Origin: Planctomycetia bacterium
Lineage (GTDB): Bacteria; Planctomycetota; UBA1135; UBA2386
Direction of reading: 5' to 3'
Assembly: GCA_005776475.1 (NCBI GenBank)
Contig: SXPB01000094.1
Span: forward strand, 1 to 59,256
DNA length: 59,256 nt
A program made the position numbers and the translations under genes. Shown here in pieces: positions 39,216-48,783 of this stretch. Below the pieces are notes generated by a model that was not told the DNA's origin, made no database searches, and saw nothing but the letters and a program-made list of their open reading frames with translations. Numbering within the stretch: the stretch's first letter is position 1; every line of letters begins with the position of its first letter.

Positions 39216-40226
39216 GTGCGTCCCGTCGCCAATCCGCCGAACCCCTGGGCCACGAGCCACGTCGAGTGGCTCGGTGAGCCGCCGACGGATGGCGTGCACA
39301 TCTTCGAAGAGGACGCGAAGTCGATCCTGTCCGAGAACGACAGCCCCGATCTGCCGTTCCGTTGGTCGCTCAACCCGTATCGCGGCTGCTTCCACGGTTG
39401 CGCGTACTGCTACGCGCGGCCGACGCACCAGTATCTGGGCTTTGGCGCCGGCACCGATTGGGAACGTCGGCTCGTCGTGAAGCGCAATGCGCCCGAACTG
39501 CTGCGCGCGCACCTTTCGCGCTCGAGCTGGAACGGCGAGCTGATCATGTTCAGCGGCGTCACCGACTGCTACCAACCGCTCGAAGCGAGCTACCAGCTGA
39601 CGCGCCGTTGTCTCGAAGTGTGCCGCGAGTTCCGCCAGCCGGTCGGCGTGATCACCAAGGGCGCCCTGGTCGAACGCGATGTCGATGTGCTCGCTGACCT
39701 CGCGCGGCATGGTGCGGCGACGGTGTTTCTCAGCGTGCCGTTCGCGGACGGCGCCGACTCGCGCGCGATCGAGCCGTTCGTGGCGTTGCCCGAGCGTCGC
39801 TTCGCGGCGATTCAGGTGCTCGCCAGTGCTGGCGTGCCGGTCGGCGTGTCGCTGTCGCCGCTGATTCCCGGACTCAACGACCACCAGGTGCCGGAGATCC
39901 TCGAGCGCGCGCGCGCCGCCGGGGCGACGTCCGCGTTCCACGTGCTGCTGCGCTTGCCGGCCGAAGTCGAGGACGTGTTCGCGGCGCGGCTGCGGGCGGC
40001 GTTCCCGCTGCGGGCCGAGAAGGTGCTGTCGATCCTGCGCTCGATGCACGACGGCAAGGCCAACGATCCGCGCTTCCACGAACGCATGCGCGGTCAAGGT
40101 GCGCGGTATGAAGTCGTCGCGAACCTGTTCCGCACGGTGGCGAAGCGTCTCGGCCTCACGCCGCCGGAGCGACCGGGGCCGTCACCGTTCCGCCGCCCGT
40201 TCCAGCAGGGCTCGCTGTTCGGGTGA
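39216..40226 (+). CDS. PA0069/Rv2578c-family radical SAM protein (spore photoproduct lyase-like)
   Basis: NPYRGCFHGCAYCYARPTH, TDCYQPLE, ITKG and C-terminal QGSLF. Confidence 0.92.
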   Translation: MRPVANPPNPWATSHVEWLGEPPTDGVHIFEEDAKSILSENDSPDLPFRWSLNPYRGCFHGCAYCYARPTHQYLGFGAGTDWERRLVVKRNAPELLRAHLSRSSWNGELIMFSGVTDCYQPLEASYQLTRRCLEVCREFRQPVGVITKGALVERDVDVLADLARHGAATVFLSVPFADGADSRAIEPFVALPERRFAAIQVLASAGVPVGVSLSPLIPGLNDHQVPEILERARAAGATSAFHVLLRLPAEVEDVFAARLRAAFPLRAEKVLSILRSMHDGKANDPRFHERMRGQGARYEVVANLFRTVAKRLGLTPPERPGPSPFRRPFQQGSLFG

Positions 40227-40428
40227 GGGATGGATTCCTGCGTTCGCCTGACGCGAACACGGGTGGATTTCGGCGGTCTGGCGCCGGAAGGAGCCGGTTG
40301 ATCTGGTCGTGTGGCGAGACACCTGGCGAGCGTTCGCTGCGGCGACCACTGCCAGGTTTGGCTTCGACGAGCCGTCCGCGTTTCAGCGATTCTCTACCCG
40401 TCCCCCGCTATCCTGCTCGCCCTTCACC

Positions 40429-41790
40429 ATGCGCGACAAGGTTCTCATCGGTTACGGCCAGGGCTTCTGGGGCGACTCGATCCTCGGCCCCGTGCGTCTC
40501 GTGCGCGAAGGCCCGCTCGACTACCTCGCCCTCGACTACCTCGCCGAAGTCACCATGAGCATCATGCAGAAGCTCAAGGGGCGGAATCCGAAGGCGGGTT
40601 ACGCCACCGACTTCGTCGCGATGCTCGACCGCACGTTGCCCGACATCACGAAGAAGGGCATCAAGGTGATCGCCAACGCCGGCGGCGTGAATCCGCAGGC
40701 TTGCCTCGACGCCGTGCTCGACCTCGCCCGCAAGAAGGGCATCAAAGGGCTGAAAGTAGGCATCATCGAGGGCGACGACATCCTCACGCGCATTCCCGAG
40801 CTGCTGCGCACCGGCCACGACCTGAAGAACATGGACGACGGCCGCGCCCTGTCGGCGGTGCAGTCGAAGCTGCTGAGCGCCAACGTCTACATCGGCGCCT
40901 TCGCGGTCGCCGAGTGCCTCGCTGCCGGCGCGCAGATCGTGATCGGCGGCCGCCTCACCGACCCGGCGCTGGTCGCCGGCCCGATGATCCACGAGTTCGG
41001 CTGGAAGGCCGGCGAATGGGACAAGCTCGCCGCGGGCACGATGGCCGGCCACATCGCCGAGTGCGGCGCGCAATGCACCGGCGGCAACTACACTGGCTGG
41101 CGCGAGGTGCAGGACTTCGTGCGCATCGGCTACCCGATCATCGAGGCCTCGCCCGATGGCACGTTCGTCGTCACCAAACACGACGGCACCGGTGGCCTGA
41201 TCAACCGCAACACGGTGGTCTCGCAGCTGCTCTACGAGATGGGCGATCCGAGGCGCTACCTCGGCCCCGACTGCACGGCGGACTTCACCTCGGCGAAGAT
41301 CGAGGAAGTCGGCAAGGACCGCGTGCGCCTGTCCGGCATCAAGGGCGGCCCGGCGACGCCGACCTACAAGGTCTCGCTCAGCTACCTGAACGGCTTCAAA
41401 ACCACGGGCCAGCTCACGGTCAGCGGTCCCGATGCGGTGGCGAAGGCCAAGCTGTGCGCCGACATCGTCTGGGGCCGTCTCGCGCTCGACGGCTGCACAT
41501 TCGAAGAACACCAGAAGATGGTCGAGATCGTCGGCGCGGGCGTCTGCCACGCCGGCATCAACGAATCGGCGAACCCGCCCGAAGTCTTGCTGCGCCTCGG
41601 CGTGAAGTGCGACGACGAGGACAAGGTCGACCGCTTCGGCATGGAGATCGTGCCGCTCGTCACGAGCGGCCCACCCGGCGTCACCGGGTACGCCGGTGGT
41701 CGCCCGAAGGCGACCGACATCGTCGGCTACTGGCCGGCGCTGCTCGACAAGACGACGGTGCAGACGAAAGTTCGCGTGGAGGTGTCGTGA
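40429..41790 (+). CDS. Acyclic terpene utilization AtuA (DUF1446) family protein
   Basis: GFWGD, DYLAEVTMS, NAGGVNP, GHIAECGAQCTGGN and QLLYE. Confidence 0.9.
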   Translation: MRDKVLIGYGQGFWGDSILGPVRLVREGPLDYLALDYLAEVTMSIMQKLKGRNPKAGYATDFVAMLDRTLPDITKKGIKVIANAGGVNPQACLDAVLDLARKKGIKGLKVGIIEGDDILTRIPELLRTGHDLKNMDDGRALSAVQSKLLSANVYIGAFAVAECLAAGAQIVIGGRLTDPALVAGPMIHEFGWKAGEWDKLAAGTMAGHIAECGAQCTGGNYTGWREVQDFVRIGYPIIEASPDGTFVVTKHDGTGGLINRNTVVSQLLYEMGDPRRYLGPDCTADFTSAKIEEVGKDRVRLSGIKGGPATPTYKVSLSYLNGFKTTGQLTVSGPDAVAKAKLCADIVWGRLALDGCTFEEHQKMVEIVGAGVCHAGINESANPPEVLLRLGVKCDDEDKVDRFGMEIVPLVTSGPPGVTGYAGGRPKATDIVGYWPALLDKTTVQTKVRVEVS

Positions 41791-42104
41791 TGGCGAAGGT
41801 CAAACTGGGTTCGTTCGCGTTCGCGCGCAGCGGCGACAAGGGCGACGGCAGCAACGTCGGCGTGTTCGTCACCAATGCGAAGGACTACGAGATCATCAAG
41901 GCGCAGCTCACGGTCGAACGCGTGAAGCAGCACTTCCATGCGATCTGCAAAGGCGAGGTGACGCGCTACGAAGCACCCAACATGCTGGCGCTGAACTTCC
42001 TGCTGCGCGATTCGCTCGGCGGCGGCGGCAGCGAGAGCCTCAAGACCGACGCGCAGGGCAAGACGCACGGCCTCGCGCTGCTCGAACTCGAGGTCGAGCG
42101 CTAA
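41790..42104 (+). CDS. AtuA C-terminal-like small protein
   Basis: ARSGDKGD.SNVG, VTRYE, LGGGG..SL.TDAQGKT; start overlaps the upstream stop. Confidence 0.9.
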   Translation: MAKVKLGSFAFARSGDKGDGSNVGVFVTNAKDYEIIKAQLTVERVKQHFHAICKGEVTRYEAPNMLALNFLLRDSLGGGGSESLKTDAQGKTHGLALLELEVER

Positions 42105-42243
42105 GTAGTCGGCGAAGTCGCCTGGCCAGAGCTCGATGGTCCGTCGCCGCCCCAGGCCATGCGCATGGCGGGGATGTTGGCGGTGCGCGCCTTTCGGTAG
42201 AGTGGCGATGCTCGCGGCGCCGCGGGCGCGGATCGTTTGCCCA

Positions 42244-43646
42244 ATGAAGCCCTGGTTGCCGTTCGTCTTCTTCGTTGCCCCGGTGGTTGCTCAAGCGAAC
42301 TGGTCGCTGCAGTCAGCGGCCGGGCTTGGCCAGCGCGAAGGCCACCGCTTGGTCTACGACCCAGCGACGCAGCGCACGTTCTCGATGTGGGGCACGACCT
42401 ACATTTCGACCTACACTTGTTCGATGTGGAATGGCTCGTCGTGACACCGAGTAGTGTGTCGTCCAGCGGCTTGCTGCTCGTCGGCCGCGACGTCGCGCTC
42501 GCGAGCAACGGCGGCGCTGGCGGCATGCTGATGTTCGGCGGTTGGCGACCGGGTTTTGGCATTGGTGGCGGCACGCCGACCGTGCTCGATCAGACCTGGA
42601 ACGTGGTTGCCACCGCGGGTGGCTCGCTGCAGTTCACGCTCCTGGCGCCGGCGACGCGCCCGTCGGCGCGCCAGGGGGCGAGCATGGTCCTCACCAACCA
42701 GGGGCCGCTGTTGTTCGGCGGCGCGGCGGTCAGCGGAGTCCCCGTCTATGGCGACACATGGCGTTGGAACGGCACGACGTGGTTGCAACTGACGACGCCC
42801 GTCGCGCCCGCTCCGACGGCTTACAGCGCGATGGCCTACGATGGCGCTCGCAACGTCGTGGTGCTGTTTGGCGGCTTCACCAGCAACGAGACCTGGGAGT
42901 TCGATGGCGTTGCATGGCATCAGCGCGCGCCGGCGCAGAGTCCGCCCCCGAGGGCACGAGCCGCGTTCGCCTGGTCCCCGGTGGCAGGCAAGTGCGTTCT
43001 GTTTGGGGGTGCTGGCACCACCACGCAGTTCGGCGACACCTGGACTTGGGATGGAACGGCGTGGCAGCAACTGCTCTCGCTCGGCGCGCCGTCCCCACGG
43101 CAGGGTGCAGCGATGACGTTCGACGCCGCGCAGCAGAAGCTCGTGCTGTGCGGCGGCAGCTACTACACCCCGCAATCGACGACGTGGTACGAAGATACGT
43201 ACTACGTCGAGCTGCTGGCGGGGCAGGCTAGCTACACGCCGTTCGGAGCTGGATGTCCCGGTCCGACGGCGCAGGTTCCCGTGTTCGCCGCGGCGGCGAA
43301 CGAGTTGCCGGTGCTGGGCACGACGTCGCACCTCGTGGTGTCGAACCTGCCCATTGCGCTGACGCTGCCGGTGTTCGTCCTCGGCACGAGCAATGCATGG
43401 GAGCCGAGCTCGAACCATCCGCTGCCGTTCGACCTCGGCTTCATCGGCTGGCCGGGCTGCCAGCAACTCGTCTCGCACGATTTGCTCACCGCCGTGCCGA
43501 CACTCACCGGCACCGCGAGCCTCGCGTTCGTGGTGCCGGTAAACGCCGCGCTCGTCGGCCTTTCGTTCCATTCGCAGGCCCTCGTGCTGTACCAGCCGAG
43601 CGGCGCCGCGGTGAGCAACGCTCTGACTGGCGTCGTCGGGTTCTGA
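42244..43646 (+). pseudogene. Exported Kelch-like repeat protein with C-terminal domain, frameshifted at about 42443
   Basis: Frame 1 (MKPWLPF..VVA|Q..WNGSS) stops at TGA 42442-42444. The Kelch repeats (LFGG..DTW.WDG..W) continue in another frame. Adding one G restores TGG-ACA-CCG (W-T-P). Confidence 0.75.
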
Positions 43647-43769
43647 CCTCGTCTCTGCTCGAGGAGCAATCGCGCAGCGACGAACCCGAACTGGTGCCGC
43701 ACGCCTCGCGGCACGAGGTTGACGTACGCCTGACGTAACTGCGGGCACGCGCTTTGCTACAACTCTGGT

Positions 43770-45119
43770 ATGGCGTCCCCAGACCCGTTGTTCGCGGTTG
43801 CCGTATTGGTGGTCTTCGCTGCCAGCGCAATCGCCCAGAAGGAGGTAACACCGATCGTGCGCACGCCGGATGCGGCGGCTTCGGCACGGCGTCAGGCGAT
43901 GCAGAACATTGCCCTGGCGCTCGCGGTGCCAACGACGGATGCCAACGATCCGCAGGCGGGGTTGCTGACCGAAGCGGACATGGAAGCGATCGCGCATTTC
44001 CGTTCCGCCACCACCACGGCCACCGGTTTCGAGTTGCTGGTCGCCACCGCCGCGGCGTCGCCGCCGTTCGTGGCGCGGCGAGCGTTCGTGGCTTTGCGCG
44101 ACGCGCACATGGTGGGCAATCCCGCGCGGACCATTCCGTTGTTGCTGGCGGCGATCGATCACCCCGATCCCATCGTTGCCGCCACTGCGATGCCGGTTCT
44201 TGCCCGGTGCACCCGCTACGCGTTGCCGCCGGAGCTTCGCGCCAGCGTCGTCGCGGCTGGCGTCGCGGTATGGCCGAAGGACATGCTCACGCTGCAGTGG
44301 ATCGCGCCAGAGACGTCGAGTCCCACGCATCCGGCGTGGGGTGCCATCGATCCGGCGCACAAGGTCTTCCGGCTCGTCGCGATTGCGGTGGGCACCGGTG
44401 ACCGCAGCTTGATCGACCGGCTGGTGCCGCCGCCGGGCGCCAAGGCTCCGGACCCCAAGGACGATCGCTACCCCCACTACTCATGGTTCGTGCGCAACTG
44501 TCTCGCCCGCGCGGCGCCGAACGTCGATGACGACACGTCGCGCATGCTGTGCAGCTGGTTTCTGCCCGCCGCGAGCGATCGCACACACAACCAGAACGAC
44601 CAACACTGGGCCGAACTGGCCCTCGACGTGCTGTTCGGCGTGTATTGCCATGCGCCCGCGGACCTGCACCCGAACTTCTCCACGCTGCTGCAGAACCGGG
44701 ATGCCAACAACGGGTTTCGTCGGCGGCTGAAGTCGCATCCGGTTCCCGAGGCGCAGTTGCGCCTGCTGTTGCGCCCGCTCGAAGCCGAGTTCGATCGCGA
44801 CCTCGTGTTGGCGTTTCCCGACTACGTGGCGACTGCGATTGCCGGCACCGAAGCGCAGCGAAAGAGCATCGTGGATTTGCTGCAGTGGAAGGTGTGGGTG
44901 CAGGACAACGAGCCACGCGTCGGCCAGACGCATCTGACGGCGGCACACTGGCGCGCGATGCTCGAGGTCCTCGACACGTTGCCGGCGGCGGAACGCGTCG
45001 ACGTGCTCGGCTACATGTTCCAACGCGACCATCTGGCGAACTGGGGCATCGATGTGCAGCCGGCGATGCTGCGTGCCTGCGTCGAACGCGACGCCGCGCG
45101 CAAGCGCATGGCGCGGTAG
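43770..45119 (+). CDS. Exported hypothetical protein (helical, HEAT-like)
   Basis: Signal peptide (AIA|Q); AIDHPDPIVAATA HEAT-like unit. Confidence 0.65.
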   Translation: MASPDPLFAVAVLVVFAASAIAQKEVTPIVRTPDAAASARRQAMQNIALALAVPTTDANDPQAGLLTEADMEAIAHFRSATTTATGFELLVATAAASPPFVARRAFVALRDAHMVGNPARTIPLLLAAIDHPDPIVAATAMPVLARCTRYALPPELRASVVAAGVAVWPKDMLTLQWIAPETSSPTHPAWGAIDPAHKVFRLVAIAVGTGDRSLIDRLVPPPGAKAPDPKDDRYPHYSWFVRNCLARAAPNVDDDTSRMLCSWFLPAASDRTHNQNDQHWAELALDVLFGVYCHAPADLHPNFSTLLQNRDANNGFRRRLKSHPVPEAQLRLLLRPLEAEFDRDLVLAFPDYVATAIAGTEAQRKSIVDLLQWKVWVQDNEPRVGQTHLTAAHWRAMLEVLDTLPAAERVDVLGYMFQRDHLANWGIDVQPAMLRACVERDAARKRMAR

Positions 45120-45381
45120 CGCCGCGGCTCAGCGGGCGTAGAGGCCAGCCGGGGCCCAGCAGGCGCCCGGACCACCGTCGTGACCATCGAGACCGATGGG
45201 CTCTCGATCGGGCCAGGGTGGACGGCGGTGCAGGGAATCGGCCCACTTCCTCGGCCGTCAGGGTGGCGCCCAGAAGGGCCACGGACAGGAGTGCGTTCGG
45301 ATTCATGCCAGGGTCATCCGGAACCTGGCCGCGTGTTGCAGCCATTCCGGTGCCCCGGCACTCGCCCGGCCGAACGCCCGG

Positions 45382-47085
45382 TCAGAAGGGGCGATCGCCG
45401 AGCACGTAGCTGGCGTCGTTCGACACGGTCAACCCGAGCGAATTGACCACCGGGTCGAAGCACAGCGCCTGCTGGTAGATCTTGAGTCCGAGCGCCGACG
45501 GCGTCCAAGCGAACTGGTAGCCGTACTCACCGTTGCCGGAGGCGTCGGTCAGCACCGCGATCATGATCAGCGGATCGACGCGCACGTAGCATGGCGTCGG
45601 CTGGTTCTGCGGATCGAGGCCGCCGTAGCTGATCAGGAACGGCAACGGGATCGAGCCGTAGCCGAGCGTGTTCGAGGTGCCGATCATGCCGACCACGAAC
45701 GACGACGCGAACGCGCGTTCGACGCGCGTGATGAACGTCGAGCCGAACGCCGGCGTCTCGCCGCTCATGTAGCCGAGCAGCGGGCGCAGGCCGTTGCTGC
45801 CGATGCAGGCGTTGGTCGAGGCCGGTTCGACGCGCGTCGTCGTCGAGACGTAGAGCGCCGGCGTGGAGCCGGTGTGCAGCAGGTAGTTGCCGGTGACCGC
45901 GATCGTCGGGCCCGCGACGCTCAGGTAGTAGACGCCAGCGCGTTCGATCGTGAAGACCATCTTCGCGTGCGTGGTCGAGCCGCCGGAGGCCGTGGTCACC
46001 AGGGTGCCCGCCGCGTCGTAGAGGCGCAGCGTCGAGCCCGCGAGCGGAGTGCCGCCGGTGCCTTCGGCCATCGCCCCGAATGTCGTTGCGCCAGCGCTCG
46101 TGAACAGGAACCAGTCCTCGTCGAGGCTGCCGGTGGTGTTGCCGGTCAGGTCGTCGCCGGGGTTGAACGCGCCCGCGAACGTGGTGGTCGTGTTGTTCGG
46201 CTCCACGCCTTCGGCGGTCGTGTTCGAACCGGGCATGTCGATGAGGGCCGTGCGCAGCGAGTACTTGCCGAGCTTGGTGTAGTCCCACGGCGGCGTGCCG
46301 GCGGCGGCGGTGCCGCCCTTCACGGCGATCGCGTAGCTGCCGGCGAGCAACATGCCGGGATGCGTCAGGTTGGTGATGCGGTGGCTGGCCGAGTTCGACA
46401 CATCCCCAAGACCGATCGCGGTCCAGGCGCCGGGGCCGCCGGTGTGGTAGCGCAGCGCCAGGTTGTCCGCCTGCGGCACGCCGCCGTCGTCGTAGGTGGC
46501 GGCGAGCACGATGCCACGGCCGGTCAATTGGAACGCCCAGTAGTCCTCGTCGGCGGGCGCGCTGACGACCAGTTCGCCTTCCAGCGTGTCGCCGAGAGTG
46601 AATTGCGTCGGCGCGTTGGCCGCGCCGTTCGGTTCGGCGGCTTCGACGGTGTCGATCGGATTGACCGGGTGCACGTAGAAGTCGAGGTCGTAGGCGACCG
46701 CGGTGCCCGACTTGAGGGCGACGCGGGCGACGTAGGAACCCGCCGGCAGGGTCACGCCGCAGTCCGCCATCGTGCCGACGGCGCCGTCGTTCCAGGCGAG
46801 GCGCGTGGTGCCGGTGGCGTCGTAGAAGGCGATGCGGTTGTCGCGCGACAGGCCCAGCAACAGCGTGCCGTTGGCGACCGTGTGCAGGTGGACCTGGCCG
46901 GGCGCCGTCAGGGTGAACGAAAACCAGTCTTCGTCGGCCGTAGTCGCGTAGCTGGCCGCGATGTGCATGCCGGACGTGATCGGCATCGCCGTGGCGGCGG
47001 TGTCGTTCGGTTCGACTTCGTTGACCTTCTGGGCGGGGAGCGTCGCAACCACGGTGGCAGCGGCGAGCAGGGTGAAGATGCGCAT
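45382..47085 (-). CDS. Exported PPC-like (pre-peptidase C-terminal) repeat protein with C-terminal domain
   Basis: Signal peptide (LPA|Q); three E.EPN...DED(W/Y).F repeats; C-terminal QQALCFDP..NSLGLTVSN. Confidence 0.85.
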   Translation of the reverse strand: MRIFTLLAAATVVATLPAQKVNEVEPNDTAATAMPITSGMHIAASYATTADEDWFSFTLTAPGQVHLHTVANGTLLLGLSRDNRIAFYDATGTTRLAWNDGAVGTMADCGVTLPAGSYVARVALKSGTAVAYDLDFYVHPVNPIDTVEAAEPNGAANAPTQFTLGDTLEGELVVSAPADEDYWAFQLTGRGIVLAATYDDGGVPQADNLALRYHTGGPGAWTAIGLGDVSNSASHRITNLTHPGMLLAGSYAIAVKGGTAAAGTPPWDYTKLGKYSLRTALIDMPGSNTTAEGVEPNNTTTTFAGAFNPGDDLTGNTTGSLDEDWFLFTSAGATTFGAMAEGTGGTPLAGSTLRLYDAAGTLVTTASGGSTTHAKMVFTIERAGVYYLSVAGPTIAVTGNYLLHTGSTPALYVSTTTRVEPASTNACIGSNGLRPLLGYMSGETPAFGSTFITRVERAFASSFVVGMIGTSNTLGYGSIPLPFLISYGGLDPQNQPTPCYVRVDPLIMIAVLTDASGNGEYGYQFAWTPSALGLKIYQQALCFDPVVNSLGLTVSNDASYVLGDRPF

Positions 47086-47368
47086 GACGGAGCACAGGCG
47101 ACGTTTTCGCGATTGCGGCCAACCCAATCCGCGAATGGGCAGAGAACTCAGGCGCGCGCGTTCGCCTTGGCGAAAGCGTCACGAGCCCGTTGGGCCAGGA
47201 GCCTGGCGAACCCGAGCACGGCATCGTCGCGTTCGGCGGCGATCACGCGCGAGGGCGCGACCCGCGCGCAGAAGGTCGAGATCATCCATCGCATCACGGA
47301 GGCGCCGCGGCAAGCCGCCAGGCTGAACGTCACTGGCGCGTTGCTGGCGGCTCGGCTACGACGCGGCG

Positions 47369-48280
47369 ATGACCGACGTGCTCGCCCAGTTGCGCACTCG
47401 CGCCAAGGCCCGGCGGGCGCGCATCGTGCTGCCGGAGACTGGCGATCCGCGCACCGTTGCCGCCCGCGACCTGCTGCTGCGCGATGGCCTGTGTGACGTG
47501 GTCTGGGTCGACGATCCGGCGCGCGATCCGCGCCTGCCCGAGGTCGCGCGACTGCTGCACGAACGCCGCAAGCACAAGGGACTCGACGAAGTGCAAGCGC
47601 GCGCGCTGGCGGCGCTGCCGGTGATGTTCGGGGCCGGGCTCGTGGCGCTCGGCCATGCCGACGCTGGCGTCACCGGCGCTGCCCACGCGACTGCCGACGT
47701 GATCCGCGCCGGCCTGTTCTGCATTGGCACCGCAGCGGCGATCCCGCTCGTGTCGTCCATGTTCCTGATGGTGCGAGGGCCCGAGGTGCTCTCCTTCGCC
47801 GATTGCGGCGTGGTGCCCGATCCCGACATCGACCAGCTCGTGCACATCGCTGCCGCGACCGCCGACAACCATCGCCGGTTCACCGGCGAGCAGCCCCGCG
47901 TCGCCTTCCTGTCGTTCAGCACGCGCGGCAGTGCGAGTCACGCGAAGGTCGACAAGATGCGCACCGCGGCGGCGCGCTTTCGCGAGCGACACCCGGCGAT
48001 TCCAAGCGACGGCGAACTGCAGTTCGACGCGGCCTACGTGCCTGCCGTTGCGGCGCGAAAGTGCGCCGACAGCCCCCTGCAGGGCCGCGCCAACGTGTTC
48101 GTGTTCCCGGATCTCGATGCGGGCAACATCGCCTACAAGCTGACCGAACGGATCGCGGGCTTCCAGGCGTTCGGACCGCTGCTGCAGGGCCTGGCGAAGC
48201 CGTATCTCGATCTGTCGCGCGGCTGCAAGGCCGAAGACATCGCCGGCGTCGCCATCATCGCTTCGGCGATGCTCGACTGA
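47369..48280 (+). CDS. pta: Phosphate acetyltransferase
   Basis: [41 protein letters not shown] and GPLLQGL.KP..DLSRG. Confidence 0.93.
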   Translation: MTDVLAQLRTRAKARRARIVLPETGDPRTVAARDLLLRDGLCDVVWVDDPARDPRLPEVARLLHERRKHKGLDEVQARALAALPVMFGAGLVALGHADAGVTGAAHATADVIRAGLFCIGTAAAIPLVSSMFLMVRGPEVLSFADCGVVPDPDIDQLVHIAAATADNHRRFTGEQPRVAFLSFSTRGSASHAKVDKMRTAAARFRERHPAIPSDGELQFDAAYVPAVAARKCADSPLQGRANVFVFPDLDAGNIAYKLTERIAGFQAFGPLLQGLAKPYLDLSRGCKAEDIAGVAIIASAMLD

Positions 48281-48483
48281 CGCCGGCTCGGCACGTCACA
48301 GCCAGCCGCCGACCGTCGTGCGCACCGCGTTGGTGATCGTGAAGTCGAGCGCATTGGCCGGCGGAGTCCTGTCCTGTTCATCAACGTGGCGCGCTGGTTG
48401 TGACGGCACTTCGCGGAATCCGGCCGGGTGCGGTGCCATCGCAGGATTGCGCGCCAAGTGCGCACCATGGCACACTCGGGTGC

Positions 48484-48783
48484 ATGACGATTCGTGTCTT
48501 CGCGCGCGTGCTGGCTCGCACCGGATGCCGGTCCGCCATGCTGGCGGCGTTGCGCGACAACATGCTGGCTTCGCGTCGCGAGCCCGGTTGCGTGCGGTAC
48601 GAACTGGCGCAGAGCCTCGGCGCGCCCGATGAGTTCGTGACCATCGAAGAGTGGCGCAGCGAAGCCGACGTCGACGCCCACATGCAGACCCCGCACGTCG
48701 CCGCCTTGCTGGCGAAGGTGCCGGCTCTCGTCGCGGCGCCGCCGGAGATCCGCAGTTACCGCACGTTGCCGGATCCGTCGTGA
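48484..48783 (+). CDS. ABM-family (putative quinol) monooxygenase
   Basis: SRREPGCVRYEL and FVTIEEWRS...HMQTPH. Confidence 0.88.
   Translation: MTIRVFARVLARTGCRSAMLAALRDNMLASRREPGCVRYELAQSLGAPDEFVTIEEWRSEADVDAHMQTPHVAALLAKVPALVAAPPEIRSYRTLPDPS

Noticed and set aside
42442-42444. TGA as a second selenocysteine or readthrough codon
   Set aside because: The coding sequence continues in a different frame, and the expected residue is Trp.
47148-47333. Small ORF between the PPC-repeat gene and pta
   Set aside because: It has no RBS or recognisable motif and lies in a divergent promoter region.
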